Positions 52,561 to 64,000 of a stretch of 64,000 bases of DNA are shown piece by piece. The notes below the pieces were generated by a model that saw only the letters and a program-made list of their open reading frames with translations, was not told the origin of the DNA and did no database searches. Each line of letters opens with the position of its first letter. Positions within the stretch are counted from its first letter, which is position 1. Source of the stretch: Raillietiella orientalis (Eukaryota); NCBI GenBank assembly GCA_036172245.1, contig JAYWIR010000032.1:682001-746000 (forward strand), in the 5' to 3' direction. Both the position numbers and the translations under genes were made by a program.

Positions 52561-55500
52561 CCACTTGGATGCAGACAAAGAATCGAAACTGCTCGAGACG
52601 AACGTCGCAGGGTTCCCGGGACTCATTTTCCGCTTGCAAAATGTTTCACAAGGTTTCCATCGGAGGTCAGGCCAGTGACGGTTTCCTCGCTTCGGTCGCA
52701 AGCACGAATTGATGGGAGACGACTCGCTTCTGGTACCAGCTTCAGCTGGCCGATGATTGCAAAACGCTCACGCAGAGCACAAAAAAATAAAAAAAAAAAA
52801 ACTCCGTTCGTCTCCCTGGTAATCTTCAGACAGAAAAAGCAATAAAAAAACAAAAACAAAATGGCAAAGGTTTTGAGCACATCGTTTTCTCGGCCTGTCC
52901 GAATGGGAGTCCCCTGTGAAGAGCGCTGGAGCAAAACCCCTCTGATGTCGGAATCGCATCGCTTCGGATCACACAGCGGAGGGATCTCCTCCTCTCCAGC
53001 TTCGGAGAAACGGTCGTGAGGGTAGCACCGTGAGGGTCCTCCCATCCTTTCCCGTGCCTTTGCCGGGAGCAGCGAAGGAGAGGATTCTCCTGGTTTGTTC
53101 ACGCTGGCGCAGGTCTGAAGGAAAGCCCCGCTCATGCCATGATCCACGGCGATGCTGTTTTTTTTTTTTTTTTTTTTCTTTCCTTCCCCGACTCACTGTC
53201 ACGCTCGATCACAAACGAATGTGGAAAGACGCCTTCTGCAAGCAAACACGCAGGTGCTTGAAAGACGCCGTCGGAAGGGCGCGCAGCAAGCGAATCCCCC
53301 GCCTAAACCGCGTGGCACAATTGCGCCCGCGGTCGCGTGGTATGACCCCGCTGCGCTTTTGTTCCCTCGTTCCCGAACGCGGACTCTCCTTTTTTTCGGA
53401 TGTCGATTCCACCCGGACCGGAGCCCTCCGCCTGACAGAGACCGCCTATTGGAGATCAGATTTCGGTCGCGTGTCAGGTGATAAAGGCTTGCTGAAGAGA
53501 AATCCCACCTAGACGGCGAACTCGGTCTTTTTTCTATCCCTTTGCTGAATCTCGAAGATCAAAGCGTGGCTCGAGAACAGAGCACTCGGGAAGTTTCTTG
53601 GCGCGCACTTTCGATTCTTCGTGTTCCCAGCGCTGGGGTGTTGTACACGATAGTGGCACAAGAAGGTTTCGCGCAGAAAGGATGAGGGAATTAGATAGGG
53701 AGTCCAGAAAGAAAAGAAAAGAAAAATGATTCGGATAACTGGGGGCTCGGAGCTTATTTTCACAGTGCCAGAAATACGCTTGGGAATGCAGTCTGACGTC
53801 ATCCTCTTCGGTCAACGCGACCTCTGCGAGGGGAAGCAGACAACCAGAGACGAGCAGCAAGGCTCTCTCACTCATTCACTGGATTCTCCATACTGTAAGG
53901 CTCGTCTGGGGATGAGGAACTCACAGAAATGCTGAGACAGGACCACAAAACTCCCAGAGGAGGGAAGAATGGTCTCCTGCAGGTTGTTTTCGCGAGCAAA
54001 ACGGCAAGTGGGAAACACTGCTGAATCAACAGCGAACTTAATCCGAACAGTAGCTTAAGTATTTGTACCATTGAGTGCTTCATGCCCGCATATTGTATTA
54101 CGTATGTATACTGAACTCATCCACCACGATCTAGTAGAGAATAATTACATTTATATGCAGCATTTTGTGTCTTAGAAATGGAAATTTAAATGCGCTGCCC
54201 TTTATAGGAACATAATTGCTTAGACTATGAGTAGGTCCATAAAGCGCTATGATATAGTGAGCAATGTAATTAAAATCTCACTAAATAACGGTTATTGTGA
54301 GCTTAGCGTATCGGGAAAGAGTGGCTGTTTCCCCTAGTTTTCAGTGAATTTGTATTTTAAAGCCGTCAATCCACATCTTTTCGTTTCGAAAAAAACTGGA
54401 AGAAATTCTGGGTTATTCCTAGATCATAGGCAGACCAGCTAAGAGAATAATGCTTGTTGCTTTCTGATCCCGAGAGGTGGTTATTAATGGAATCTCCAAG
54501 AAAGAACAAAGAAGATGAATCTCCAAGAAGACGTTTTCTGGAGGACAAGGAACAAGACGTTGAACGTTCAAAAAGATATCAGACAGCAGATTCAGCCGCC
54601 TTCCTATTCAGTTCTTTTCAGAAGATCTGCTGAAGAAGCGCCTGGAAACCTCAGTGGCGCGAACTCCACTTGCCAAAATCTCAGATGTCTACTGCTCTTT
54701 CAAGAATACGACAGCAGCATCCAGATAGGACCTTGAAAAGAGGTGTATTGAAAGGATGTAAAAGGGAATGCAAAAGCGCCTATCCTTCAGTGGATGAACG
54801 ATAAGTGAGAGAAATTACGGAGGCGGACTACTCCAGCTCTGTGCGGAGGAAATGAAGAGATTTACTGTTTCCTCACGTATACTCTACTCCAGGGATGTCC
54901 ATCGGAGAGACGCCCACCCCATAAAGAACTGGGTCGAATCCCAGAACTCCAGGAACAATCCCATAGTAAAAATTGAGGAAAGTCAGGAAATCCCTCCTCC
55001 AGGTACTCGGAACGGTGCTTGCGAGCTGGAATGCTGTATAACATGGAAGTGGACTGTCTCAGAGGTAGAAGTGGATGCCTTCAAGAAGTGGATGGGGGAA
55101 ACGTTCGCTGCGCGCCGATCTCCACCATTTCGTCGAAGGAACGCGCGACGGTGAGCACCCGACAGATGTCTGCAATTTAGAAAAACTTGGCGAAATCAGT
55201 CCCAAGTCGTTCCTCCTGCAGGAAGCATTGAAAACCGGTGGAACAAGGTGGGAGCTTCGCCTGTTTTAATTAATTGACATTTTTATTAACAGTAAACTGA
55301 ATGGAGCTCCAACTTTGTTAAAGAATCAGCATTTCTGAATGGCAGTGCAAAATGCAGACTGAAGAGAATAGAACTGTCATTTCTCGATCCATAATTGGGG
55401 GAATCCTGGTGGTTTACGACTTTGCTGCAGCGGCTCTACGATGAAAAGGGTAGGAGAGCAAGAGCTTTGCTATCTGACTCAATCAGAGCCGGATGGGTAA

Positions 55501-58500
55501 ACCAATCAGAGATTTGCACTCGGGAATGCCTGAAATACCAGCTGGCCTCGAGGTCTGGAACTGGGACGGCCCAGTAATTGTTATAAATTTTCAATTTTTC
55601 TAGAGTCCAGAAAATGGAGTTACAAGAAACGCCCAAACCGAACCTTCCTAGCAGCAAACTGGACGTCTGTAGCGCGGCTTTCCTTTTCAAGACGGCAATC
55701 CTGTGTGCCTGGAAACCACCGACCCAACCTCCCGAGGTAGCCGCCCCTGGTCACCGCAACTTTGGAGATAGGACAGCTAGATACGAACTTCCGGAATAAT
55801 TTCCCTTGCATGAGTTTTGATCTCATTCATCTCATCGTCTGAGAATGCCGAGGAACAGCTGCTGAGTATTTCCGTATAAAATGGTTCTTCGTATTCTGTC
55901 TTTTTTTTTTCCCCTTCCTTTCCAGCCACCTACTTTCCTCTTGTTTGTTTCCGAGTCCTGGACGTCATTGGCAACCGTCTTGCAGAGAACATCAATGCTG
56001 TTTGTGTTCGGTGGCTATTTATTTGTAATCCCTCGTTGCAAGGCCAATCCCAGCGCAGATGTACGCAATTCTTCAAGTTCCGGGCTCCGAGGGAGTCTCG
56101 AGGACCATCCCGGTTGCTTTAGGCTCTTCTCGAGATATTGGAAAAACTCGAATCCAGAAATAGCAGCTCACGGATATGGGAAATGTGTATATTGGTATAA
56201 GGAGACGTCCGACTTGTATTTTAGAAGTCGCCTCAGGTAAATGTCAGGAAAATCTCACCCTACATCCTCTAGTAGGAACGTCTGTATCAGCGTTCGCTCT
56301 GCGTCTGATCTGTAGCGAGATCAGGATACATGGTCGCGGTGTTAATAAACATTCGTTGCTAAGACTCCCAGCGTTAATGCGGTCTCCATCTTGTAACTTG
56401 TTCTATCAAGGCTGCGATTCATCCGATAGGAAAGTTTTATGATTGGAGTCTCGCTTAGCGTCTTTTGCTTCAGAACACCCCGTGCTGAACTTTGGCACAC
56501 CACAACTGAGAGGTCATTTTGCTCCCAGTGGGTTGCAACTGTCCTTATTAACACGTCTTTTGCCGGAAGCGGATAATTAGGCTTTTCGATGCCCACGCTG
56601 ATTGACTGATAGCCGATTTTCAGGCTCTTCGATTGCCGAGGTCAGTCCGTCAGAAGGATCTGCTAAATTTTTGGTAAGGCATTCGTATTTTACGCTGACT
56701 TGTAAGCAACTGTACAATGAGCTCTCCAATGAGTCTTTGCAAATTAAAAAATGTTGACCGTCCACGGTGGCTGTTTGTGCGTATCGTGATGTTCCGTTAC
56801 ATGAGGGCGGTCGTTATGAGCGCCGTCGCACCTCAAAGAAATACGGAAAAATTTGCCGACAATTTTGATGAATTCTATGTTCCAATCTAATGTCACATAA
56901 CATACGATGTCATTGTCATATATTACATGGCAATGTTGCCGAGGTATAGTGCTTTACAAATGGGCCCTCACGCCCCCGCGAGATGGCCCCAACTGGGCCG
57001 GTACTGGAGACCCACCAGGCCCAACCGAGTCGGCTGTTCGTGAGTGGCGACCGCAGACACAAGCGGTGGATGGAGTGTTAAGCGATCGTTAGTGGCAACT
57101 GGACCGGCGATTTATCCAGGGTGGAGATTACACTCCTGACGTATTTTGAAGGGGACTCTCAGTGGAATGGAAAGTTTTTCGTAAAAATTCGTTACTCATA
57201 ACGAGTGGTTTCGCACCACGAAGAAAACCTCGTGAATTTCTGTGGCAGTGACGTGGCGTGTAGAAAATGTGTTCTGGTTGGGAAGCACACGTTTCCCTGG
57301 GTAACTCGCAACCTCTTGACACAGTTCGCGTTTTAACGCATTTGGGAAGTTTCGAGAAGCCCGATAGATAGACTTTCGAAGATCTCGGAGAGAGCATCCC
57401 TGAGTAATTACTATACCGAAACATTCGTGTATCATTTTCTCCGGAAATCGAGAAGAAAGGGTGGAAAAAAAAAAAAAAAAAAAAAAGACCATCTCCGGCG
57501 CATCACTGCTAATTCTGCCTTAACTGCGAAATCGTGGGGAAAATTCACTCTGTTTGCTTTCCAAAACTGATTGGTGGCACGTTTCCGGTAAAATTCATGA
57601 GCACCGTCACATGTGCTCCGCAGCTTCCAAATAAATTGCTTGAAGGGCACGTCATGAGCACTTTTGAAAACTTGTCGTACCTGCTGAAACACGTTTCGGA
57701 GACGGGGGCGCCTCGCCCCGCAGCCTTTAATGCAACAGCGCCGGCGATGTTGCGTCGCCATGGCGTCAGCAGGGACGGCAGCAGACCTCCGGATCTGGAT
57801 CGCGCGGCGGAAGGGCTTGAGAAGCTGCCGTCTCAGACTCCAGCAACAACCTAAGAAGGTTTACCACCTTGCCTTCTCAGCAAGGCGCGCACGTGGATTT
57901 GCGTAAAACATTTAAGGATGCTAAAAGTTATTATCCGGTGGAATGGGCTCAGGAGAAAATCACCACTTGCCTCATCCACTGAATGATAAACGACAACGAA
58001 AATCTGCAAGTAGTGCGGCTGAGAAAGAGATCTGTAAGAGTCGTAAGGACTCGAACGATGGACGCAGAACACTCACCATCTACGATGTATTCTTATGCTG
58101 CAAGAATTCTGGAGCATTCTTAGATTCGCCGTTGTTCACTTGCTCACTTCGCCGTTATTTTCATGATCTTGAAAGCACTAGAATCTCACTCTATAATCTA
58201 CAGGTCAGCTCGAGACATACGAAATCCCACAGTTTCCATGAATTCAGGGATGAATCTTACGCCATGTTGCCCGTGGAGGCATCCCTAAGGCATACGGAGG
58301 AGAGATGGCTGAGGTTGAGTCGGATTTTGAGAGATATGGGAGCAATGATATGGAACCTGGCTCGTTTGCTCCTCGATGAGGGTTGTCTCAAACGGACGTC
58401 GGTGACCTGCAAGCCTCTGCAAGAATTTCGGAACCAAAGCATTCTGCACCGAGCAACGCTCGCGTGAGCATGTAAGCAAATGAAGACCATTGCGTCCTGG

Positions 58501-58537
58501 GAATACTAATGGAATACTGGCCATGTGCTCTCTGCTT

Positions 58538-59430
58538 TACCTCTACGCTCTGAAACGAAGCGTACAAAAATCTGGAAGCTTTCTCCTCACAGCCATCAGG
58601 AGCGAATGCGACCCTAGAAGCAGTGCCGAAGAAGTGGGAATTCCTCTGCACTGGCAAGCGTCAGGGAGCAAGAGGCTCGGCATGTTCTCCTGATGGTTCC
58701 TCAAGCAACTGGTTTCCTTGGATGTTAAAAAATCTAGCCGCCTGCCTGAATGTTTACTGTGGCGATGAACTCTTTCTGGTTTCCTTTGAAGGAACCCTCC
58801 TACTGGCCTCTTTTCAGGAAATTTGTGTGTTCAGAATATCCTACTCTGCAAGACTTCCCTCTAAAAGGAAAGAAAAAATCTCGAAATGCGAGTTTCCATA
58901 AAGTCCACTTTCTGCTCGACAAAGAATTCAGTTTCTTTCTCTCTCTCTCCGTCCTACACTGACATTCCAGGGGAAGAAATAGGAATTGGCTGTTTCCTGC
59001 CTCCGAAGACGGCCACTGAGAGGACGCTATCCAAGTACCTAATTCCTAGTCGGACGTCTCACTAGGTTTCCGAAACCTCACCTCTGGATTCCTTTTGTGA
59101 AACCATGATCTCTTCCGTGCAGACATGGGTTCCATCAGTATTTTCCGATTCATTGTGGGTGCAATCTGGGACTTTCACTTTCCGTTGGATACAAAGTTCT
59201 CAAACTCGGAACTTTTTCTTGCATGAATTCGACCATTTTTTGGAGATACTGAGTTTTCTTGCGCCTGCATTCTTTGAAAAGCTGCCCCCTGGCGCTTGCT
59301 GTGCAGCGGAATCCCGACTTCTTCAGCACTGCTTCTAGGACCGCGTTCGCCCCTGATTGCTTTGCTGAGGAAGCTTTCCGAAGCTTCCAGAGTTTTGTAC
59401 ACTTCATACTCATTTCAGAACGTACAGGTG
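58538..59430. repeat. Inverted pair of paralogous coding fragments (58538-58669 on +, 59283-59430 on -)
   Basis: Both arms encode ...AIRxExxPRSSAEEVGIPLH. Within RSSAEEVGIPLH all four nucleotide differences are synonymous third-position changes. Confidence 0.85.
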
Positions 59431-60570
59431 TTGACTGGGACTTCTCTACGACCCTTACATCCAACCATCTTCCGATTTCTTGAGCTCTTTTAGCCTTTCC
59501 TGGTCCTCACCCCTGGGAAGGTGCTTCATGGCGATCGGTAGCTCTGCCGGTGCATACGTACAGTGTATGTCCCGCGAATGCTGGATGTTGATGAGCATCA
59601 CCTTTTCCTTCGGGTGCTACTCCTGCATACTGGGTGAACCTTGAGTTTCTTGAGGACCTCGTTGCTGTTTGGATCCCAGCCTTCGACCAGGCAGTCCTCG
59701 TTAGATGAAGCAGAAGGGGTAAGCAGCCTTTTCATCATCCTCACCATTCCCAGAGATGTAAAAGCGGATTTTTCTGAGAACAAGACGTCGAGTACGAAGA
59801 CTTAGCTCCCGTTCCAGAGCTACAGATGTGGCTGGAGATCGACCCCCTATACTGGTTTCCTGGAGGAGGCCACTTGCCTTTTAAGATAGTCTCTTCAATT
59901 TGGCCCACGGGTTTGTTATGTTGACTGATAATCGAGCCGGCGTTCCTCACGCGGTGGATGAATTTGCATAGGGGCGAATCCCCAACCACAGTGGTTTGCG
60001 GAGACATGCTATAGTTGTTCATCAGGAAGGACTTGATCCACTCCAAGCAGTTCGAGAAGAACGACTAAATGCTTCTTTGGTCGGCTGTCGGTGGGATGGC
60101 GCAAGAGTTCCCTTTCCAGAAGGGTTGCTCCTAAAATAAAAAAATCCCTTGCTTTCTTTCGATATGGAAGCCTATGCCTCCTTTTTTTTTTTTTTTCGTG
60201 ATTGCTTCCAGTTTCACTTTCTGCAGCTCGATTGAAGTAAAAGTGAACTTTGCGAGGATGTTTCCGTGAAAGGCACTGCGGTATCCAAGCGATGCATTTA
60301 CCCATAGTGATTAGGTAACTAGCAACAATGTTGGGTCTCACTTTGGAAACGAGGACGGATGTTGAAAATCACGTTTCCCGACGGTTCAGGGATATTCCCA
60401 GTTGGCCATCGGTTTCCCTCGCTACGAAGCTCTGGTGGAACCTCAAGAAGCTGCGCCCATGCCCTGCGTGACATGTCTGCGTCAGCGGCACCGCTCATCT
60501 TGAATAGCTGGCTGCGAAAATATTCCTCCACTTGCGGTGGTGGCATTGCCGCATTCGAACCAGCAGCCAT
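59100..60570 (-). pseudogene. Decayed protein-coding relic of unknown family, possibly with one spliceosomal intron (60341-60131)
   Basis: There is an ATG at 60570, a GT donor (AAA|GTGAGA) at 60341, and a T-rich AG acceptor (ttttag|GAG) at 60131. Long protein-like frames follow but are broken by stops and frameshifts. Confidence 0.35.
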
Positions 60571-60856
60571 TTTGAAAGCTAATTATCCTGGAGACCTCCA
60601 AAACAACCTTGTTGAGGGCAGGCTGGAACCGTTAAAGACGAGCAGCCCAAACAAAGAAATCATTCTCTGGTGTGGACGCGAGGAGGCAGCTGAGCACCAT
60701 GCTACCAGGAGTTTGTCTTCCAGCTTGCAGCTTCCAGCCGTTCCTCGAAGACCCAGAAAGTCGAAAGTCCCCTTCCAGGAGCGCACTGTACGACCCGGGC
60801 GCGTGAAAGTCATGATTTCTCCATTCCCTTGGGTCATCGCAAAAAAGGAAAAAAAA

Positions 60857-60858
60857 AC

Positions 60859-60889
<31 letters not shown>
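60857..60889. repeat. Interrupted (AC)n microsatellite after poly-A
   Basis: Direct reading of the sequence. Confidence 0.9.
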
Positions 60890-63800
60890 GCCAGGGAGCA
60901 TCTGAGCGGAGATGCGCGAGGCGGATGCTCTGGGAGTCTCTCTCCGCGGCTGCCAGAGACTCGCCTCGCACGGAAACGAGGACTTTGGTTTCCGAGCATG
61001 GCATTTCTGGCCGATTTCGGCAGCCTCGAGAGGAGATCTAGACGTCACCGAGGAAGTGATTCAGTGCAGGATCCACGTTGTGTTTCACGTCGCAACATTA
61101 TCTTCCCATGATTTATTTACTCCTCGGAGTATCAAACACGAACGTTTCGAAACCGCATGATTCATTTCACTGCAGCATATTTTTCCTGCTAACTTTCGAT
61201 TCAGACCTCGCGTTTGTCAGAAGCAGTTCCTAAGAAACGGGAGGCATACCTTCGTTAGCGAAGAAAGAAACAAGGTAGCCGGTTTTTGGCAGGTGTTTTT
61301 TCCCACTCTCAACCAAATGTCATGTGGCACGATCACTGCGCTCTGCTCGGAGTTTGCTTTCGATAATAACGAAGCCATTCGTCAACATGACGTTAGATAC
61401 TTAATTTAAAAGGACCGGTGCCCGTATCCATTGAGAGGCTTTTTTTTTTGTCACTCACCATCTACCACGGATGCCCCACTTTCGGGGACTTCTCACAAAC
61501 TGTCACATGAGGCGAACTAGCTCGAGGAGAGAACACCGCGCTGGTGAAGCGACTGCCTGTCCTATAATTGGTCTTAAGGAGTCTGCAGTGCTCTCCAGAG
61601 AGAGGAATCATAATTGAGAGAATAGTAGGTTGCATGTTCCTCGCTCCTTTCGATTCTTAAAGAAGGCCCCAGCATTTCTGAACTGTTACGCGCGGCGGCC
61701 TTCTCTGGAATGGTGGCATCTTTTGATGGCAGACGAATTCCCGGCTCTTCTCGTGAGTGGCACACATCGGTTATTCTCCTCCTCAAGGTGGCGTCGGCTT
61801 TCAGGTATTGCTACACCGTGGGACACCGCCGATATAAGGCGGAAAATCGAAGAAAAATGGAAAAGACTGCACAACAGATTCAGGAGCACGTGGATGAGCG
61901 ACACCGTGGTTTAGGGAAACACGTGCAACCAGATAACAAGATGCGCCTGCCGATTCTTTGGTCATGCTGAAGAAAAAGAGCATATGAAAATCAGCTGAAA
62001 AGATCAGTGACGTCGGAAGCAAAAAAGACTGACAGAAGGGCCACCATTCCGAACATCTCTTTCGAAAGGCATGCTTACCAGCACTTGGGTCCGCTGCTGC
62101 GCGTGAAACGAAGCGTGCATGAAGATCGCACAAAGCTGACTCTGCGAGAGCGAAAGACTCCTCGTCGGCTCTGGTACGTTGCTTTGAATGAGAAACCCGA
62201 ACATCATTTTTTTTTTTTTTGTCAAGGACACCTCGTATGGGCGTCGTCTCAAATGCAGCATACGAGGGAGCAAGTGAAGAGTCTGTGCAATCCTTCTTCA
62301 TATCTGATAAACAACCAAAAGTTCATCTGCTGCGGTACTTACTGATTCAGCTCCGGGCAGGTGCGTTTACGTATCTAAATGCGCCTCATTAAACGCGTAC
62401 AAGAGTCTGTTCTTGTACGCGGGCGGCGTCGATTGCTTTCGGGAACTTACCACCTTGCGGGAATTCGCTGTCATCCTCCGCGATTCTTTGTTCTTCCTCA
62501 AGAAGCTTCCACAGAAAAAATAACTCGCTCTTGAAAGTTTTCAACCGGACACGCTGTCATAGAAACCCTGTCATGCACCACAATACATTACAGTACTCGG
62601 TCATGCATCTACAATACACATCGCAGTACTCCGTTAGCATGTGCAGCTGGTGGTCATCAACCAAATACGTTGGATTCGAAGTGCTTAACTGGAGCTGCTC
62701 TTTGTCACTTTGCTTGAAGACTGTGGTGCTTTCCGTCCTTATCATTTCTTCGATAAAAAGGAAAAAATCACAATGTAATGAGGGTAAAATCACAATACTA
62801 GGGAGCGTGAACGGCGTACTTGCAATAGCACTTTCGACAAAACTGGATGCTATTTGGCATGATATGAAGTTACTGTGTGATCATGAAAAGGACGGAAGGA
62901 AAATAGGGGCTGGTAGCCTGAAACCAAACCACACGTGGGGGGGTCGTACGGACTCCGCACACACTCATCCTCCAAAACGAAAGGCCAGTCGTCATGCTCG
63001 ATTTTGCCTGCAAATATGGTAACTCGGCGAAATCAGGAGATGCACGCCAAAGAAATAGGGATAAACACCAACAGCTGTCTCTCGTTCTCCCTGCAAGCGT
63101 AGGTTGGTTTTGGTAGGCGCATGAACGCTAGATTGGGCAGAAAACCGGAAGAGAATGCGAGCCAAGATCCAGCATAGGCAGGATGTTTACTGAAAGAGCA
63201 TCTTGGCTTACCGGTTCAGGATGAGCAGCTGCCATCATGTCTTCGGTAGAATAGCAAGGTATTTATTGTATGCACTGAAATTGCGCAAGATTTTCCCTAA
63301 ACCACCAAGTGAATCCCTGATTTTTCAGTGATCCTTCGGTATGACGGTTTAATCTTCCATGGGCATGTTGGAGCTGTGTGTGGCTGCCTGAACAATTTCT
63401 TCGCAGGTACGATTGATCTCCGAAGTAGGATTTGGGATCAGAAGCTGTTTTCAAACAGCCACTCAGTATCCAGGAGGGGATCATGGCAATGTGGTGACTA
63501 AAAGGTAGAGTTTCCTCTCAGAGCCAATGAGCATTTTGGGCATCAATACATTCTCCACTACGTCAGAAATCCCTCCCACGGTAACTTTTTTAGAGAACAA
63601 ATTCCGACTACTATTGGTTCTCTCAAGGGTTCTGCTGGAGTGGCAGAGCGCACTGGAACACTTGGATGAGCTGATGTAACATCAAATCCCCTTAGAAGCT
63701 CAGACACCCAAGGAACCCTGAGATTCTGGATGGAATCAACTTCCGTTCTTTGATACTCAATCCAGCGACGATCGCTGTTCCTCTTAGGTATCCGGATTGA

Positions 63801-64000
63801 CCTCCCTCTCATCTCGAAAGAACGAGCTCTTCCTGTTTTTCCAGCGTCTTCCTTCGTCTGCCCAGACGGAGAGCATTTTCCAGCGAAGACTTCAAACGAT
63901 TTTGGATGCACCCATTCACCGTGGAGCCTCTTTCGGAAGCGCTGAGATCCCCGAAGACGCGACCAGAAAAAGCACAGGCCGTTCTCATTCAGGAGAAAGA

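Noticed and set aside
54985..55020. Walker A-like PPPGTRNG
   Set aside because: It lacks GK[ST] and has no downstream Walker B.
60359..61111. 250-aa plus-strand ORF
   Set aside because: It crosses poly-A and (AC)n tracts and is antisense to a more protein-like frame.
61690..62190. Flavivirus-like NS5 motifs (KTPRRLWYVAL; PWDT; SFD..REWHTSV)
   Set aside because: The motif F-like block lies downstream of the motif A-like blocks, which is the wrong order.

Overview
This looks like eukaryotic, gene-poor DNA. It has roughly balanced GC, no obvious CpG depletion, many A/T homopolymer runs and (CA)n microsatellites, and no operons, rRNA, CRISPR array or intact recognisable protein-coding gene. Most ORFs in the track appear to be chance or antisense frames. 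Reading across stops and frameshifts, the window resembles a graveyard of decayed coding relics. These include several L1/Tx1-type non-LTR retrotransposon fragments (all on the + strand), two Gypsy-like integrase relics, a 3-copy dispersed repeat, two inverted duplications of decayed coding sequence and a direct repeat. There are also two fossil RNA-virus polymerase-like segments: one with nidovirus-like RdRp motifs (about 8590-9450, minus) and one with bunyavirus/phasmavirus-like L motifs (about 42950-43990, plus). The mix suggests an invertebrate (arthropod-like) EVE/piRNA-cluster-type locus, but that is inference. All protein assignments were made by eye from recalled motifs and need profile searches.
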